Part shown: positions 34,759 through 45,299 of the stretch, piece by piece | Layout: the number at the start of each line of letters is the position of its first letter | Numbering within the stretch: position 1 is the stretch's first letter | From: Candidatus Poribacteria bacterium | GTDB lineage: Bacteria; Poribacteria; WGA-4E; PCPOR2b | Assembly (NCBI GenBank): GCA_965198175.1 | Contig: OZ240245.1 | Coordinates: forward strand, 192,001-256,000 | DNA length: 64,000 nt | Direction of reading: 5' to 3' | The notes under the pieces: model-generated | The model's database searches: none | Told to the model about the DNA's origin: nothing | Seen by the model: only the letters and a program-made list of their open reading frames with translations | Program-made: the position numbers and the translations under genes

Positions 34759-35538
34759 ATGATTACCAAGCGCATTATCCCCTGTCTTGACGTTCGAGCC
34801 GGCAAGGTGACAAAAGGAATCGCCTTCCAAGGAAATATTGATATCGGAGATCCGGTCCACATGGCTCGCTTTTACTATGAGAGCGGGGCGGATGAACTTG
34901 TCTTCTACGACATTACCGCTAGCAACGAAAGACGCGATATCATGATCGATGTTGTATCGGCGGTAGCGCTGGAAATCTTCATCCCCTTCTCCGTCGGCGG
35001 CGGGCTTAGGACCTTGGAAGATATGCGTCGTGTGCTTCTCGCAGGCGCTGAAAAAGTTAGTATTGACTCTGGCGCTGTGAGAAATCCGCAACTGATTGCG
35101 GAGGGGGCGAAGGCTTTTGGCAGTCAGTGTGTCGTGCTAAGTATGCAGGTGAAGCGCGTCCCGAAAAGCGATCTTATCCCGAGCGGTTACGAGATTTATA
35201 TTGATGGCGGGCGTCGTCCAACAGGATTGGATGCTCTACAGTGGACACAGCGCGGCGTCGATTTGGGAGCAGGCGAGGTTGTTATTAACAGTATAGATCA
35301 AGATGGAACTAAAGCGGGATATGAACTTAAGCTAACACAGACAATCGCGGATGCGGTTCCTGTGCCCGTGGTTGCCTCAGGAGGCGCCGGAAATCCAGAA
35401 CATCTTCGCGATGTATTCGTCGAAAGCCATGCCGACGCCGCCATTGTTGCCTCCATCACACACTATGGGGAATTTTCGATTGAGAACATCAAACGGTATC
35501 TCAAGGAGGAAAGTGTTCCCGTTCGCAATAAATGGTAG
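34759..35538 (+). CDS. hisF: Imidazole glycerol phosphate synthase cyclase subunit
   Basis: 'KRIIPCLDV', '[13 protein letters not shown]', '[11 protein letters not shown]', 'ASGGAG'. Confidence 0.97.
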   Translation: MITKRIIPCLDVRAGKVTKGIAFQGNIDIGDPVHMARFYYESGADELVFYDITASNERRDIMIDVVSAVALEIFIPFSVGGGLRTLEDMRRVLLAGAEKVSIDSGAVRNPQLIAEGAKAFGSQCVVLSMQVKRVPKSDLIPSGYEIYIDGGRRPTGLDALQWTQRGVDLGAGEVVINSIDQDGTKAGYELKLTQTIADAVPVPVVASGGAGNPEHLRDVFVESHADAAIVASITHYGEFSIENIKRYLKEESVPVRNKW

Positions 35539-35562
35539 TCCGTCAAGGTTAGTTTGGTTGTA

Positions 35563-35591
35563 TTGACAACAGTTATTTCCCCTGTTAAAAT
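35563..35591 (+). promoter_or_regulatory. sigma70-type promoter
   Basis: TTGACA-N17-TAAAAT with TG extension. Confidence 0.65.
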
Positions 35592-35701
35592 CGGTATAGA
35601 AAGAACTGGGTTGCGTCAACCTATACCCATACGAACTTACGAGATGACCTATATGCACCTAGAGTCGAGCATTGATGAACTATGCCAGGAGGTAACGAGT
35701 C

Positions 35702-36712
35702 ATGGAAATCCGGAAAACATTCGCGTGTGCTGTATGCGTCAGTCTGTTTCTCTTGAAGGGCATCGTGCTGCCGCGAAGTGCCCTAGCGGAAGCACCCGAT
35801 AAACCAACGCTTGCGATTACGGCTAACGCGGCAGGCGGCAATATCTGGTTGATGGACCCCGATGGGAAGAATCCGCGCCCAATTCTAGCGATTAAGGGAA
35901 ACCCCGTACCCTTGGGTTTAGTGTGGTCACCGGACGGCAAGAAGCTCGCCTTCCATACCGAAATCAAGAAGAACATTGATGTCTATGTAGTCGATGCTAA
36001 CGGCGAGAATCTCCGACAACTCACGAACCATGAGGCGGAAGATAGTTGGCCGAACTGGCACCCCAGCGGTCAAAAGATAGCGTTCGCCACCAATCGAGAC
36101 GGAAACTTTGAAATCTACGAGATGACTTCGAGAGGGGAAGTTCCGCAGAACATCACACATAACCCTGCCAACGACAATTATCCCGCATGGTCGCGTGACG
36201 GTCGGAAGATTGCCTTCTCCTCCATCCGAGGGAAAACCCTCGGAGACATCTGGGTGATGGATGCGAGTGGCGAAAATCCTAAAAATCTGACCAATCATCG
36301 CGCCGAGGATTTCCGGCCCAGATGGTCGCCAGATAGTCAGAAGATAGCTTGGCTTTCCCGTCGGACCGGGAGGGGACACGTTTATGTGATGGACGCCGAT
36401 GGTGAAAACTTCTTGCAAATCGTAAAACCGCCTAGCTCCGAAAAGCGGGATCCCGAATGGTCTCCGGATGGTAAAAAAATTGCTTGCGTTCACTTCGCAG
36501 GAAATCAGGCAAGTATCCTCATATTTGAGGCGGATGTGAAGGAACAAGACGCAGAGCTCGTCGAAAGACTTCCCGCCATAGGTGTCCCGAACCGGGCCCC
36601 AGCGTGGTTCAATCCTGACTTTGTCAAACCATTCTCCGTCTCTCCCGCTGAGAAGCGATCTCTGAGCTGGGGCTGGCTCAAGCAGGTGGGAGATATGTTG
36701 TCCGGTAGATAG
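35702..36712 (+). CDS. TolB-like PD40 beta-propeller protein
   Basis: Repeated 'P.WSPDG.KIAF'; C-terminal 'FSVSPAEKRSLSWGWLK'. Confidence 0.88.
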   Translation: MEIRKTFACAVCVSLFLLKGIVLPRSALAEAPDKPTLAITANAAGGNIWLMDPDGKNPRPILAIKGNPVPLGLVWSPDGKKLAFHTEIKKNIDVYVVDANGENLRQLTNHEAEDSWPNWHPSGQKIAFATNRDGNFEIYEMTSRGEVPQNITHNPANDNYPAWSRDGRKIAFSSIRGKTLGDIWVMDASGENPKNLTNHRAEDFRPRWSPDSQKIAWLSRRTGRGHVYVMDADGENFLQIVKPPSSEKRDPEWSPDGKKIACVHFAGNQASILIFEADVKEQDAELVERLPAIGVPNRAPAWFNPDFVKPFSVSPAEKRSLSWGWLKQVGDMLSGR

Positions 36713-36976
36713 TGTGGTGAAAAGCAGAAGCTATGGGATTGACAATTCACTAGAGCTCGTTGAATTGATATATCCCAATCCTTGGATTGCCTCTTCGGTC
36801 GAGAGACCAAGACTTCACGCCTTTTCTTCGCCGCGGATATAGTTATTAAAGTGCTTGTACCAACTGCCTCTATCCCACCAAGCCACGAAGTTGACGATTG
36901 CGGATTGACCGAAGAAAATCAATCCAAAATCCACAACTGAGAAGTGCGAATGCCCCAATCCTGTGCCGGGTGATTT

Positions 36977-38899
36977 GTGAATCAAGCCTCCACTATCGAA
37001 AACAGCAAGGCAAGTGGTGTTTCCCTGAGAGCGCTGTTGATTGGCCTTTTGGTGATGACAATCAACGCCTATTGGATTTCGGTCAACGACCTCGTCATAG
37101 GGCCAGCGCACAACTATATGTCGCTGTTCAGTAACGCCGTTTTTAGCCTCTTTGTGCTGATTCTCGCCAATCTCCTTGTGAAGAAACTCTTACCGAGATT
37201 CGCTATCAGTGCCTCCGATCTATTGGTCATCTATATCATGGTTGTCATGGTGACAACCGTGTCTGGACACCGAATGACCCGGCTGCTAGGGATTCTAGTC
37301 CACCCCTTCTGGTTCGCCACACCGGAGAATGATTGGCGGAATCTTTTCTGGAGATATATTCCTGAATGGTTCACGGTCGGGGACAAAACCGCCCTGACTG
37401 GCTTTTTTCTCGGCGAGTCCTCCTTCTTCACCCGGCAGCACATCAAGGCTTGGCTTGCGCCAATGCTCTATTGGTCGGCTTTTATTTTTGTCGTCTACTT
37501 CGTCCTCATTTGCGTGAACACGATTGTCCAAAAACAGTTCACGGAGCATGAAAGACTCACGTATCCGATTACCTGGCTGCCGTTGGAGATGGGGCGAGAT
37601 ACATCCACTTTCTTAAAGAATAAGTTAATGTGGATGGGCTTTGGCATTGCAGGCGGTATTAGTCTTCTCAATGGTTTGCACACCTTTTACCCGTTCGTTC
37701 CTGCTATCCCTGTAGGGTGGCAGCGGCTAGCCTTCGAGGATAAACCGTGGATTTACATGGGTGGGACACTGGTATCCTTCCAACCGTTCGTCATCGGCCT
37801 CGCCTTTTTCATGCCGCTAGACCTCGCCTTTTCCGCATGGTTCTTCTACCTCTTAAAAAAAATGACGCAAGTCTTGATGGGGGTTACGGGATGGCACACG
37901 CTTTACTTCGACGAACAAGCACAAGGAGCATGGGTCGGATTGGGCATCCTTGCCCTCTGGGTCGGCCGCAGACACCTCAGGTGGGTGTTTACGCAGGCTG
38001 TCACGGGCAAGCCGGCGATAGATGACTCCAGAGCGCCGATGCGGTATCGAACCGCTTGTTGGGGCATCATGGCAGGATTGCTCGTTCTAATCTGGTTTGC
38101 CTATAAAGCCGGTCTTTCACTTTGGGTCCTTCTGCTTTTTTGCGGCATATACGGTTGTGGCGCCATTGGTGTGACGAAAATCAGGAGCGGCTTGGGCTTA
38201 CCTGTACATGAGATGCTATGGATCGATCCCGCCCGGACGATGGTGACAGCAATGGGAACTCGGGTATTTGCCCCGCGAAACTTGACCGTTCTCTCCTTCT
38301 TCTATTGGTTGAATCGAGAACAGGTTGCCCATCCAATGCCCAATCAACTCGAAGCCTTTCGAATCGGTGAACAGTCCAATATTGATAATCGAAAACTGTT
38401 GCAGGTGATAATTCTAACCCTTGCTGTTGGGATACCGGTGACCTTTGTGATATACCTCAGCTATCTGTATAAACTGGGTGCCGTCAGCTCAGGGTCGTAC
38501 ATCCTGGGGATAGGGAGGGAAAGCTTTACTTGGCGGCTTCATCCGTGGTTAAGTCATCCAATGACACATGACTACTTTACGATGAGTGCGATGGGGCTCG
38601 GATTTGGTATCACGGGTTTTCTGTTAGCTATGAAGATGCGGTTTCTCTGGTGGCCGTTTCACCCGGTCGGCTACGTATTGGGCGTAAGTCCGGGGGAGAT
38701 GGTCTACATTTGGGTGCCTGTTCTTGTCAGTTGGGCGCTCAAGTTCACCATCCTCCGCTACGGCGGGTTGAAAGCCTATCGCAGAGCCATCCCGTTTTTT
38801 GCCGGCTTGATACTGGGAGACTACTCCATGGGCTGCATTTGGAGTATTATCAGCGCGGTATTTAAAATAAACACGTACAACATGGCATGGCACGGCTAA
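36977..38899 (+). CDS. DUF6785/DUF6784-type OPT-like membrane transporter, paralog 2
   Basis: 'FWFATPENDW', 'EHERLTYPI', 'HPMPNQLEAF', 'WWPFHPVGY'. Confidence 0.8.
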   Translation: MNQASTIENSKASGVSLRALLIGLLVMTINAYWISVNDLVIGPAHNYMSLFSNAVFSLFVLILANLLVKKLLPRFAISASDLLVIYIMVVMVTTVSGHRMTRLLGILVHPFWFATPENDWRNLFWRYIPEWFTVGDKTALTGFFLGESSFFTRQHIKAWLAPMLYWSAFIFVVYFVLICVNTIVQKQFTEHERLTYPITWLPLEMGRDTSTFLKNKLMWMGFGIAGGISLLNGLHTFYPFVPAIPVGWQRLAFEDKPWIYMGGTLVSFQPFVIGLAFFMPLDLAFSAWFFYLLKKMTQVLMGVTGWHTLYFDEQAQGAWVGLGILALWVGRRHLRWVFTQAVTGKPAIDDSRAPMRYRTACWGIMAGLLVLIWFAYKAGLSLWVLLLFCGIYGCGAIGVTKIRSGLGLPVHEMLWIDPARTMVTAMGTRVFAPRNLTVLSFFYWLNREQVAHPMPNQLEAFRIGEQSNIDNRKLLQVIILTLAVGIPVTFVIYLSYLYKLGAVSSGSYILGIGRESFTWRLHPWLSHPMTHDYFTMSAMGLGFGITGFLLAMKMRFLWWPFHPVGYVLGVSPGEMVYIWVPVLVSWALKFTILRYGGLKAYRRAIPFFAGLILGDYSMGCIWSIISAVFKINTYNMAWHG

Positions 38900-38979
38900 T
38901 AAGTCAGACATGCGCGGGCGTGCAGTGGGCAACTAGAGCACGCAGCAGAAGTAGTAGAACAGTTCGTCAGAAAAAGAGT

Positions 38980-39003
38980 GTCGGGTTTGAAAACCCGACC
39001 TAC
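38980..39003 (-). repeat. GTAG-type REP hairpin
   Basis: Minus strand GTAG-GTCGGGTTT-TC-AAACCCGAC between convergent genes. Confidence 0.6.
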
Positions 39004-39078
39004 CGTCTCAAGATTTAAGTCAGGCTGTACCAGCGGCGCCATGGACCGATTTGGGATTGAAACTGTCCTTGCTTGTGC

Positions 39079-40158
39079 TTAGACCGTTGGCAGTGCAGGC
39101 ACGACATTCTTCGCCAGCAATTCCATTGAGCGCATCCACTTCGCTCTGTCATCCCAGTCATGCGCCATCATCAGGAGTGTGCCAAATCCACCGGTAACGT
39201 CCCACAAGGCATGGAGTTGGCGAATGCATTCGTCCACATCTCCGATGATGCAAAGGTGCTTTAGGACGTATTCCGGTGTCACCTCGTCATCGGGTATGTC
39301 CAAATCATGCTTCATCAAGTTCAACACATTTCTCGCCCTTATGACCGAGATGAGGTAGTCGAACGAGCGAGCGAATGCGCCATTCAGCACTTGGTTCCAG
39401 GCATCTTCGTTAGTTTCGCCAACATAGATGCTGCGCGCTACACGCCAGATTGAGCGGTCAGGGGTCGGTCGGCCCGCTTCTTCAGCGCCGGCGCAGTACG
39501 TCCGCCAGTGCTCAGCTACTGTAGTCGCAGCAGGTACGATATTCGTGCTCAGGGGCATATAGCCACGCTGACCAGCCATACGGCACGCCATTGAGGCACC
39601 CTGAGTCGCGCTCATCGCGACCGGTGGATGTGGTTTCTGATACGGTCTGAGCATTGCGCCTATCCCACGCTCGGGAATAGGGTTTTCGATTTTGATATGC
39701 CAAAATTGGCCTTTGAAGTCGAAGGGCGCTTCAGCTTGCCACAACTTGAGGATCATGTCAATTCCTTCAACCGTCATCAGCCCCTGCGTCTTTCGGTCCG
39801 GTAGGTTGAACAATTCCGAATCGGTCGCTATCCCGGTCTGACCAAAACCACAATTTATACGTCCACGAGACAGATGGTCTAGGAGTGCGAGACGGGCGGC
39901 GACGTTGGCCGGATGATGGTGGGGAATAATCGATACGCCGGGGCCGAGGCGGATGTTCTTCGTGTGCGGCAGCACGTTGGCGATGAAGACATCGTTAGAT
40001 GGGATGGGTTCCCAGGCAATCGTGTGATGTTGGCCGACCCAGGCCTCGGTAAATCCAAGCGTGTCGGCATGAACAACCAACTCGATGTCTTCTTCGAAAC
40101 ATTGTGTACGGTCTTTCTCCGGCGGGTGTAATGGCATCATGAACAGCCCCAATTTCAT
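39079..40158 (-). CDS. LLM-class (luciferase-like) flavin-dependent monooxygenase
   Basis: 'MKLGLFMMPLHPP', 'GFTEAWVGQHHT', 'LDHLSRGR', 'PYQKPHPP'. Confidence 0.92.
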   Translation of the reverse strand: MKLGLFMMPLHPPEKDRTQCFEEDIELVVHADTLGFTEAWVGQHHTIAWEPIPSNDVFIANVLPHTKNIRLGPGVSIIPHHHPANVAARLALLDHLSRGRINCGFGQTGIATDSELFNLPDRKTQGLMTVEGIDMILKLWQAEAPFDFKGQFWHIKIENPIPERGIGAMLRPYQKPHPPVAMSATQGASMACRMAGQRGYMPLSTNIVPAATTVAEHWRTYCAGAEEAGRPTPDRSIWRVARSIYVGETNEDAWNQVLNGAFARSFDYLISVIRARNVLNLMKHDLDIPDDEVTPEYVLKHLCIIGDVDECIRQLHALWDVTGGFGTLLMMAHDWDDRAKWMRSMELLAKNVVPALPTV

Positions 40159-40562
40159 CGTATGACCTCCCCTTCAAAACACGCTATTTCTCGCTGTTTC
40201 ATAGCAATCAGTGGGCAATGGTATAATCATTATCCCATATAGTATCATAGCCCAACAGTAAGTATCAATCACAATAATCGAGAGTATTGCCTTATGGATA
40301 GATTTATGGTCTAATTTTGCTAACAGAAAGAAGGGAAGTAAATTGAATCCGATTGTGGTAATCGGCAGCTTACTTGATGACCATTTGTCTATGCGATTGT
40401 TTATCTGTAAACGGACAAAAGACGCGAACTTGTGCATTGTTTCGATTACTTCTTGTTGAGATCGTACCTCGTGGGTGATGTAGGTATTCACTGTGCCAAT
40501 GGCAAATTAGCAAATTGACGTAACGAGAGGTTTATGTCATGACTTTCGAACATCCGAAACCG

Positions 40563-40844
40563 CTACGACTTTTTCCTCGTATTAAACTGGGCGATAAAGT
40601 CAAGATGGTTTTGTAGCATAGTCGCTAGCATCGCGTCTTGTTTGTCCAATCGTCGATTGATGTCATCTATCCTTCGGTCCATCTCCGATGCCCTCTAATC
40701 CATGCGATTTTCTAACATTCTAGCTTGTGTCTGCACCTCATTTTTTTGCCCTCTGCGCAAGTTCGAGATTGCCTTCCACCCGATACCTACTATCACGATA
40801 ATTGTCCCCGCCGTATGCAAGAAATCCATCAAATACACATCCAC
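40563..40844 (-). pseudogene. Nonsense-disrupted paralog of the 93-aa TM/coiled-coil ORF
   Basis: Same 282-nt span as 48618..48899; codon 50 CAG has become TAG (40695-40697). Confidence 0.85.
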
Positions 40845-40969
40845 GGTTTTCCCCCTTTAGATTTGTCATTCACTCGTTGGTTCGTACTCATCGTAATCTT
40901 CTTGCGCTACTGCCGATACCCGTGTTTGTTCAAGGTCAATCTCCGTTTCCATACCGCTCAAAAAGCAAG

Positions 40970-40998
40970 TTGACACGCGCTAATGCCTGTGTTAGCAT
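40970..40998 (+). promoter_or_regulatory. Strong sigma70-type promoter, copy 1
   Basis: TTGACA-N17-TAGCAT. Confidence 0.7.
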
Positions 40999-40999
40999 G

Positions 41000-41325
41000 G
41001 CGCAGGATTTCATTGTTTGCGCGTTGTGGTGTGGCATAAAGCCCCCTAAACACGTTGCACGTGTCGGTTCCTATTGACGAAAATCACATAAATGGAAATA
41101 GGTATCAATTGGGTTTGATAAAAACTTGTAAGCCGAAGGAAGGTGCTTTAGCAGAAGTCTTGTTAATGTTTTAGGAGCGATTCGGGGGCGAAAAAAATGG
41201 AGTGCGAAAGTTAAATTTCCGCCAGCCCATACAAGTAAGGAATACATCCATGGACATGAGAATCTCATCATTAGCGAAAACAAAATTTTCGCACGCCTTT
41301 GGTGGGGTCTGATTCTAAAGGTGAG
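41000..41325 (+). ncRNA. Candidate structured ncRNA, copy 1
   Basis: No + strand ORF follows the promoter; several stems, two with compensatory changes relative to copy 2. Confidence 0.45.
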
Positions 41326-41367
41326 TTCGTCGCTTCGGCGCTGAATCCTGCTTGTTTAACAGTTCCT

Positions 41368-41459
41368 GTAGGTTGGGTAGAGATCAACTGAGCGAATAGC
41401 GAAGGCGATAGTCTTTTCCGAAACCCAACAATCAACAGACCGAATAGGGAGGGCGATAG
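41368..41459 (+). repeat. REP-like element containing and followed by tandem-GA repeats
   Basis: GTAGGTTGGGTAGA-[unit 41382-41411]-CGAAACCCAAC-[unit 41430-41459]. Confidence 0.85.
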
Positions 41460-41613
41460 TTTTGAACTGCGACAGCTCTGTCGGATAAGAGTACCACGAC
41501 TGCTTGACTGATTGTTTACACGAGCGGTTACTGCGTTTACTCAACAGTATGTGCCTTAACCATGCTAAGATAACATCCCACACTCATTAGGAAGGCGTTA
41601 ATCAATTCATTAA

Positions 41614-41742
41614 GAACCTGTTTGAAAAGTCGGTGACAGAGCTATTGTTTAGTCATTTGAAGGTCAAAATCATTGAATTGTCAAGACATTTACCCTAAAA
41701 TGGCCTCTTACGAAGACGGATTTGGACTTTTCAAACAGGCTC
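41614..41742. mobile_element. 129-bp MITE with the IRs of the adjacent IS5-family element
   Basis: GAACCTGTTTGAAAAGTC...GACTTTTCAAACAGGCTC flanked by TAA. Confidence 0.85.
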
Positions 41743-41745
41743 TAA

Positions 41746-42632
41746 GAGCCTGTTTGAAAAAGAAAAAAGTTGTCTGAACGGTTGATGTTTACGTTTACAC
41801 ATTGGAGCAGTTGATTCTGAACCAATGAAAGGAGTAAACATGAACCGTAAGAGTTATCCCAGTGATTTGACCGATGCACAATGGAAGAAACTGTCCCCGT
41901 TTCTGCCAACACCTCAACCATTAGGTGGACCTCTAAAATGGGAGATGTGCTTAATTATCAATGCCATCTTTTATGTCGTCAAATCCGGTTGCCAGTGGCG
42001 CATGCTACCATACGATATGCCACCGTGGCAAACCGTCTATTACCATTTTAGAAAGTGGGAAGCCGACAATACATGGCTCTTGATTCATCAGGCACTTCAC
42101 GAACAAACACGTCGTGATGATGGCAAACAACCATTACCTACAGCAGCAATCATTGACAGCCAATCAATTAAGACAACTGAACTGGCAACGACTCGAGGTT
42201 TTGATGGGCACAAGAGAGTTAAAGGACGCAAACGGCATCTAGTAACGGATACGACGGGTATTCCATTGATGGTCAAAGTTACTAACGCCAATGTCAGTGA
42301 CAATCAGATAGCTATTGAGTTACTAACAGAAGTGTTTAGCTGGTACATAACAATTCAGTTGGTGTGTGCCGATGCCGCCTATCGCGGAGAATTAGAAGAC
42401 TGGTTATATCTTGCTCATCAGTGTCAGCTGCAGATTGCATCTACGCTAGGGCAGCAGGGTTTTGAAGTTGTCCCGTTACGATGGATTGTTGAACGCACAT
42501 TTTCTTGGTTTGGTTGGTTCCGTCGATTGACTTTGGATTATGAACGCTATCCTAGGACTGCTGAGACTATGGTGTACATCGCTTCCATTTACTTGATGCG
42601 AAACCGTATCAAATGACTTTTCAAACAGGCTC
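41746..42632 (+). mobile_element. IS5-family insertion sequence (IS1031-like)
   Basis: IRs GAGCCTGTTTGAAAA / TTTTCAAACAGGCTC; TAA on both sides. Confidence 0.92.
41840..42616 (+). CDS. IS5-family transposase
   Basis: 'YPSDLTDAQW', 'GCQWRMLP', 'IIDSQS', 'KGRKRH', 'RWIVERTFSW'. Confidence 0.95.
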   Translation: MNRKSYPSDLTDAQWKKLSPFLPTPQPLGGPLKWEMCLIINAIFYVVKSGCQWRMLPYDMPPWQTVYYHFRKWEADNTWLLIHQALHEQTRRDDGKQPLPTAAIIDSQSIKTTELATTRGFDGHKRVKGRKRHLVTDTTGIPLMVKVTNANVSDNQIAIELLTEVFSWYITIQLVCADAAYRGELEDWLYLAHQCQLQIASTLGQQGFEVVPLRWIVERTFSWFGWFRRLTLDYERYPRTAETMVYIASIYLMRNRIK

Positions 42633-42633
42633 T

Positions 42634-42860
42634 AAGAGCGACTTAGGACAATACCGCGCCGCTATCGCCGATTATGACACGGTAATCCGCCTGAAACCGA
42701 TAATGCCAAAGCTTACCTCAATAGGGGGATTGCGAAGTACCTACTAGATCGCGCTTGGGAGGCGAAGCAAGATCTGCGAACCGCATTGGAGCTCGCAAAC
42801 CAGTCAGCCGATACGAGCGTCAAAGCCGAAGTTGAAGAAGCTCTCAAGCTAATCGAATAG
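42634..42860 (+). pseudogene. 3' remnant of a TPR protein gene truncated by the IS
   Basis: KSDLGQYRAAIADYDTVIRLK / frameshift / DNAKAYLNRGIAKYLL...ALKLIE*. Confidence 0.8.
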
Positions 42861-43044
42861 CCCGGTCATCCGTGAATCTCTGTTGCAGTCTTTGTAGGTT
42901 GGGTTGAGGAATCGTGGAGAGTGTCGAAAATTAGAGAGTGATGTGTTATCATTTGCCTCAAACTGACCAAAACAGAGTTGTACTTTCCGGTTTTAGAAAA
43001 ACCCGCGCATTAACTTTATTTGTCAAGGCACAAGGAGATTGACT

Positions 43045-43806
43045 ATGCACGAGTCCAACGATAATTATAGTCGAGACCTATCCGTGCTTGAAAAGTCAGT
43101 GGAACTTGGAGACAAAGTTTCACAATATGAATCTGAACTATCGAGAATTGAAACTCATCAAGCCACATTAGCAATAGGCAGTCCGCAGTGGAAGGAGGTT
43201 GAGAGAGCTAGAATAATTACAACTGCCAAATTGCAGCATTACAGATTTGCATGGTTTTCCCTTACAACTGGCGAACTAGTTGGAACTGAATATAATAACA
43301 AGCCTTTAACCGCAGAATCGCCACTCGAAGATTTTATAGCGATGGAATGTGATTTATCAGAACAACGTTATGGCATCAGAGTAATGGACGCCAATTCGGT
43401 TACGTTTGTTGGCAATTATGTCCGTGAAACAGCCAATAACTGTCAGACAGTAAATAAAACCGTCAACATGAAAGCAGCCATTATTCTAAAGTTGCTCACC
43501 TGTATAGTTTTGGGCGCAATTGCGGGTCTGGTGCTTAACTTTGTCCACGATCCTCACGCACGAGATGATGTGTTAGTGGGTTCGATTTTGATTGGTTCAA
43601 CTTTTGGACTGTTTTTAGGTATAAGTTGGGCAATCCGACGAAAGAAGGTGCGGGCTGCCTTTGTGGCGCCGGCACTAACAGGCATTTTCTGGAGTCTGGT
43701 AGGGATGAGTATACAGAATGCCCTGCTTGTGTATGTGGCAATCCCTACGGGGTTGTTCGTTGGAATTGTGTGGGCCCTTGCATATGCAGGTGCATTTAGA
43801 GGCTAA
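43045..43806 (+). CDS. Hypothetical protein with C-terminal 4-TM region
   Basis: ORF with RBS AAGGAG; hydrophobic C-terminus. Confidence 0.65.
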   Translation: MHESNDNYSRDLSVLEKSVELGDKVSQYESELSRIETHQATLAIGSPQWKEVERARIITTAKLQHYRFAWFSLTTGELVGTEYNNKPLTAESPLEDFIAMECDLSEQRYGIRVMDANSVTFVGNYVRETANNCQTVNKTVNMKAAIILKLLTCIVLGAIAGLVLNFVHDPHARDDVLVGSILIGSTFGLFLGISWAIRRKKVRAAFVAPALTGIFWSLVGMSIQNALLVYVAIPTGLFVGIVWALAYAGAFRG

Positions 43807-43832
43807 TTTCTTACGAAAAGGACGGTTTCCAC

Positions 43833-44411
43833 ATGAACACTAAACAGAAGCTAAGCTACATGGTGGTTGGCGGTATTATTGGCGTGGTTGGAATGGTTAT
43901 CGGAATGTCGGTTCTGTCCGTATCGGCAGCACGGGATAATTTCGGCGATATTGAATGCACTAGTTTGCGGGTAGTTGATAAAGATAGACGGTCTGTAGTA
44001 GAAATCAGTGCATTTGGACATGGCGGGATTGTCAGAGTACGCGGGCACGATGGTATGACTCGGGCAGCTCTTAGCGTTGGTGCGAACGGCGGGGTTGTGG
44101 CAGTTAGCGATAACGATGGGATGCCTAGGGCAAGTCTCTATGTGAGAAAGAATGGGCAGGGAGGAGGTATCGCGGTAGTTGGCCGCGATGGGAAGACTAA
44201 GGCCGGCTTAAATGAAGCTGAACATGGCGGAGTTGTCGCAGTGTATGATAGCAATGATGAGGTACGAGCAGGGCTCTATGTGAAAGCACATGGCGGGGTT
44301 GTCACGGTGCACGGAAACGAAGGGAATTCGGGGGCTGCTGTGCTCCATGTAAACGAATATGGGAACGGCGTGCTGTCGCTGTGGGACAAACGCGGGTATC
44401 GGCTAAAATAG
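43833..44411 (+). CDS. Secreted/membrane-anchored protein with 'GGxVxV' beta repeats
   Basis: N-terminal TM; 'ARDNFGDIECTSLRVVD'; ~23-aa repeats. Confidence 0.75.
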   Translation: MNTKQKLSYMVVGGIIGVVGMVIGMSVLSVSAARDNFGDIECTSLRVVDKDRRSVVEISAFGHGGIVRVRGHDGMTRAALSVGANGGVVAVSDNDGMPRASLYVRKNGQGGGIAVVGRDGKTKAGLNEAEHGGVVAVYDSNDEVRAGLYVKAHGGVVTVHGNEGNSGAAVLHVNEYGNGVLSLWDKRGYRLK

Positions 44412-44430
44412 AGAAACATGGGGGAAAACG

Positions 44431-44931
44431 ATGATGTTTAGCATTCAGAATTGGCAACACAAACTGGTTTTTGCGGGCTTTGGAAGCCTATTTACGCTAG
44501 CGGGTGTATTGTTCGCGATGGGTTTACTCACGCCAGCAACAGCACGCCGAGATAAATTTGGCGAGATTGTATGCACGAAGTTGACGGTGGTTGCCAACAA
44601 CGGTGAGCGTTTGGTAACGATTGGGCTTGGTGCAAATAAAGACGGCGGGGAAATCGAAGTGTATAACACTAAGGGTGAATCCTTGGTTTCGATCGCGGTG
44701 GCTGAAAACGTAGCCTATGATACACATCACGGCGGCATTGTCATTGTACGTGGGAAGTCGGTTGACGGGCTTAAGGATAAATTCGGACAGGTATCCATTG
44801 GTACGCTTCGCTACGATGGCGGGGGTATAGTAGAAATTATGAAAGAGGGAGAAAATGCTCGTGAGCCAGTCCACAGGGCAACACTGGAGGTGGATGGGCT
44901 GTGGATAGGGCGTCACCACTATTGGCCCTGA
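44431..44931 (+). CDS. Paralog of 43833..44411
   Basis: 'ARRDKFGEIVCTKLTVV'; same N-terminal architecture. Confidence 0.75.
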   Translation: MMFSIQNWQHKLVFAGFGSLFTLAGVLFAMGLLTPATARRDKFGEIVCTKLTVVANNGERLVTIGLGANKDGGEIEVYNTKGESLVSIAVAENVAYDTHHGGIVIVRGKSVDGLKDKFGQVSIGTLRYDGGGIVEIMKEGENAREPVHRATLEVDGLWIGRHHYWP

Positions 44932-44997
44932 TTCCCGGTAGTACGGTTTTGATGTGTAGCAGGATTAAGACGCTTGAAATGATTAGGAAGAAAATCA

Positions 44998-45192
44998 ATG
45001 CTAACTATACGTAGGGCGTTAGCCGTTATTGTAATCGTGATTCTGTCCGTTTGGTGGCTTATGGCGTTATGGTATGGGTGTACCGGACTAATAATCAATC
45101 CTTCTCACGCAATCGCAATGCTCTTTTGGGTTGTTGTAATTCCGTTTATCATAAGATGGCTTTGGCGATTCTTAAAAAAAACTAAGCCTTAA
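44998..45192 (+). CDS. Small 2-TM membrane protein
   Basis: Two hydrophobic helices and a basic tail. Confidence 0.5.
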   Translation: MLTIRRALAVIVIVILSVWWLMALWYGCTGLIINPSHAIAMLFWVVVIPFIIRWLWRFLKKTKP

Positions 45193-45299
45193 CTACATAA
45201 CAAGGACGTTTGTCGATAAAATTGATGAATACAAATCATAGGCTCTGTTCAATGGTAATCGACTAGTTATTGATCGTCGCCGGTGCTATGTGTCAATTT

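Larger units (their letters stand above)
40491..41362 (+). repeat. Diverged long direct repeat, copy 1
   Basis: Colinear with 48541-49573 with many substitutions; lacks ~155 nt present in copy 2. Confidence 0.92.

Noticed and set aside
40174..40491. 105-aa ORF, and similarly 9466-9732 and 61733-62077
   Set aside because: No RBS or recognisable motifs; may be spurious or decayed.
41000..41350. Closing stem GCAGGATTTCA / TGAATCCTGC for the candidate ncRNA
   Set aside because: The 3' arm derives from HMA coding sequence and the pairing is degraded in copy 2.
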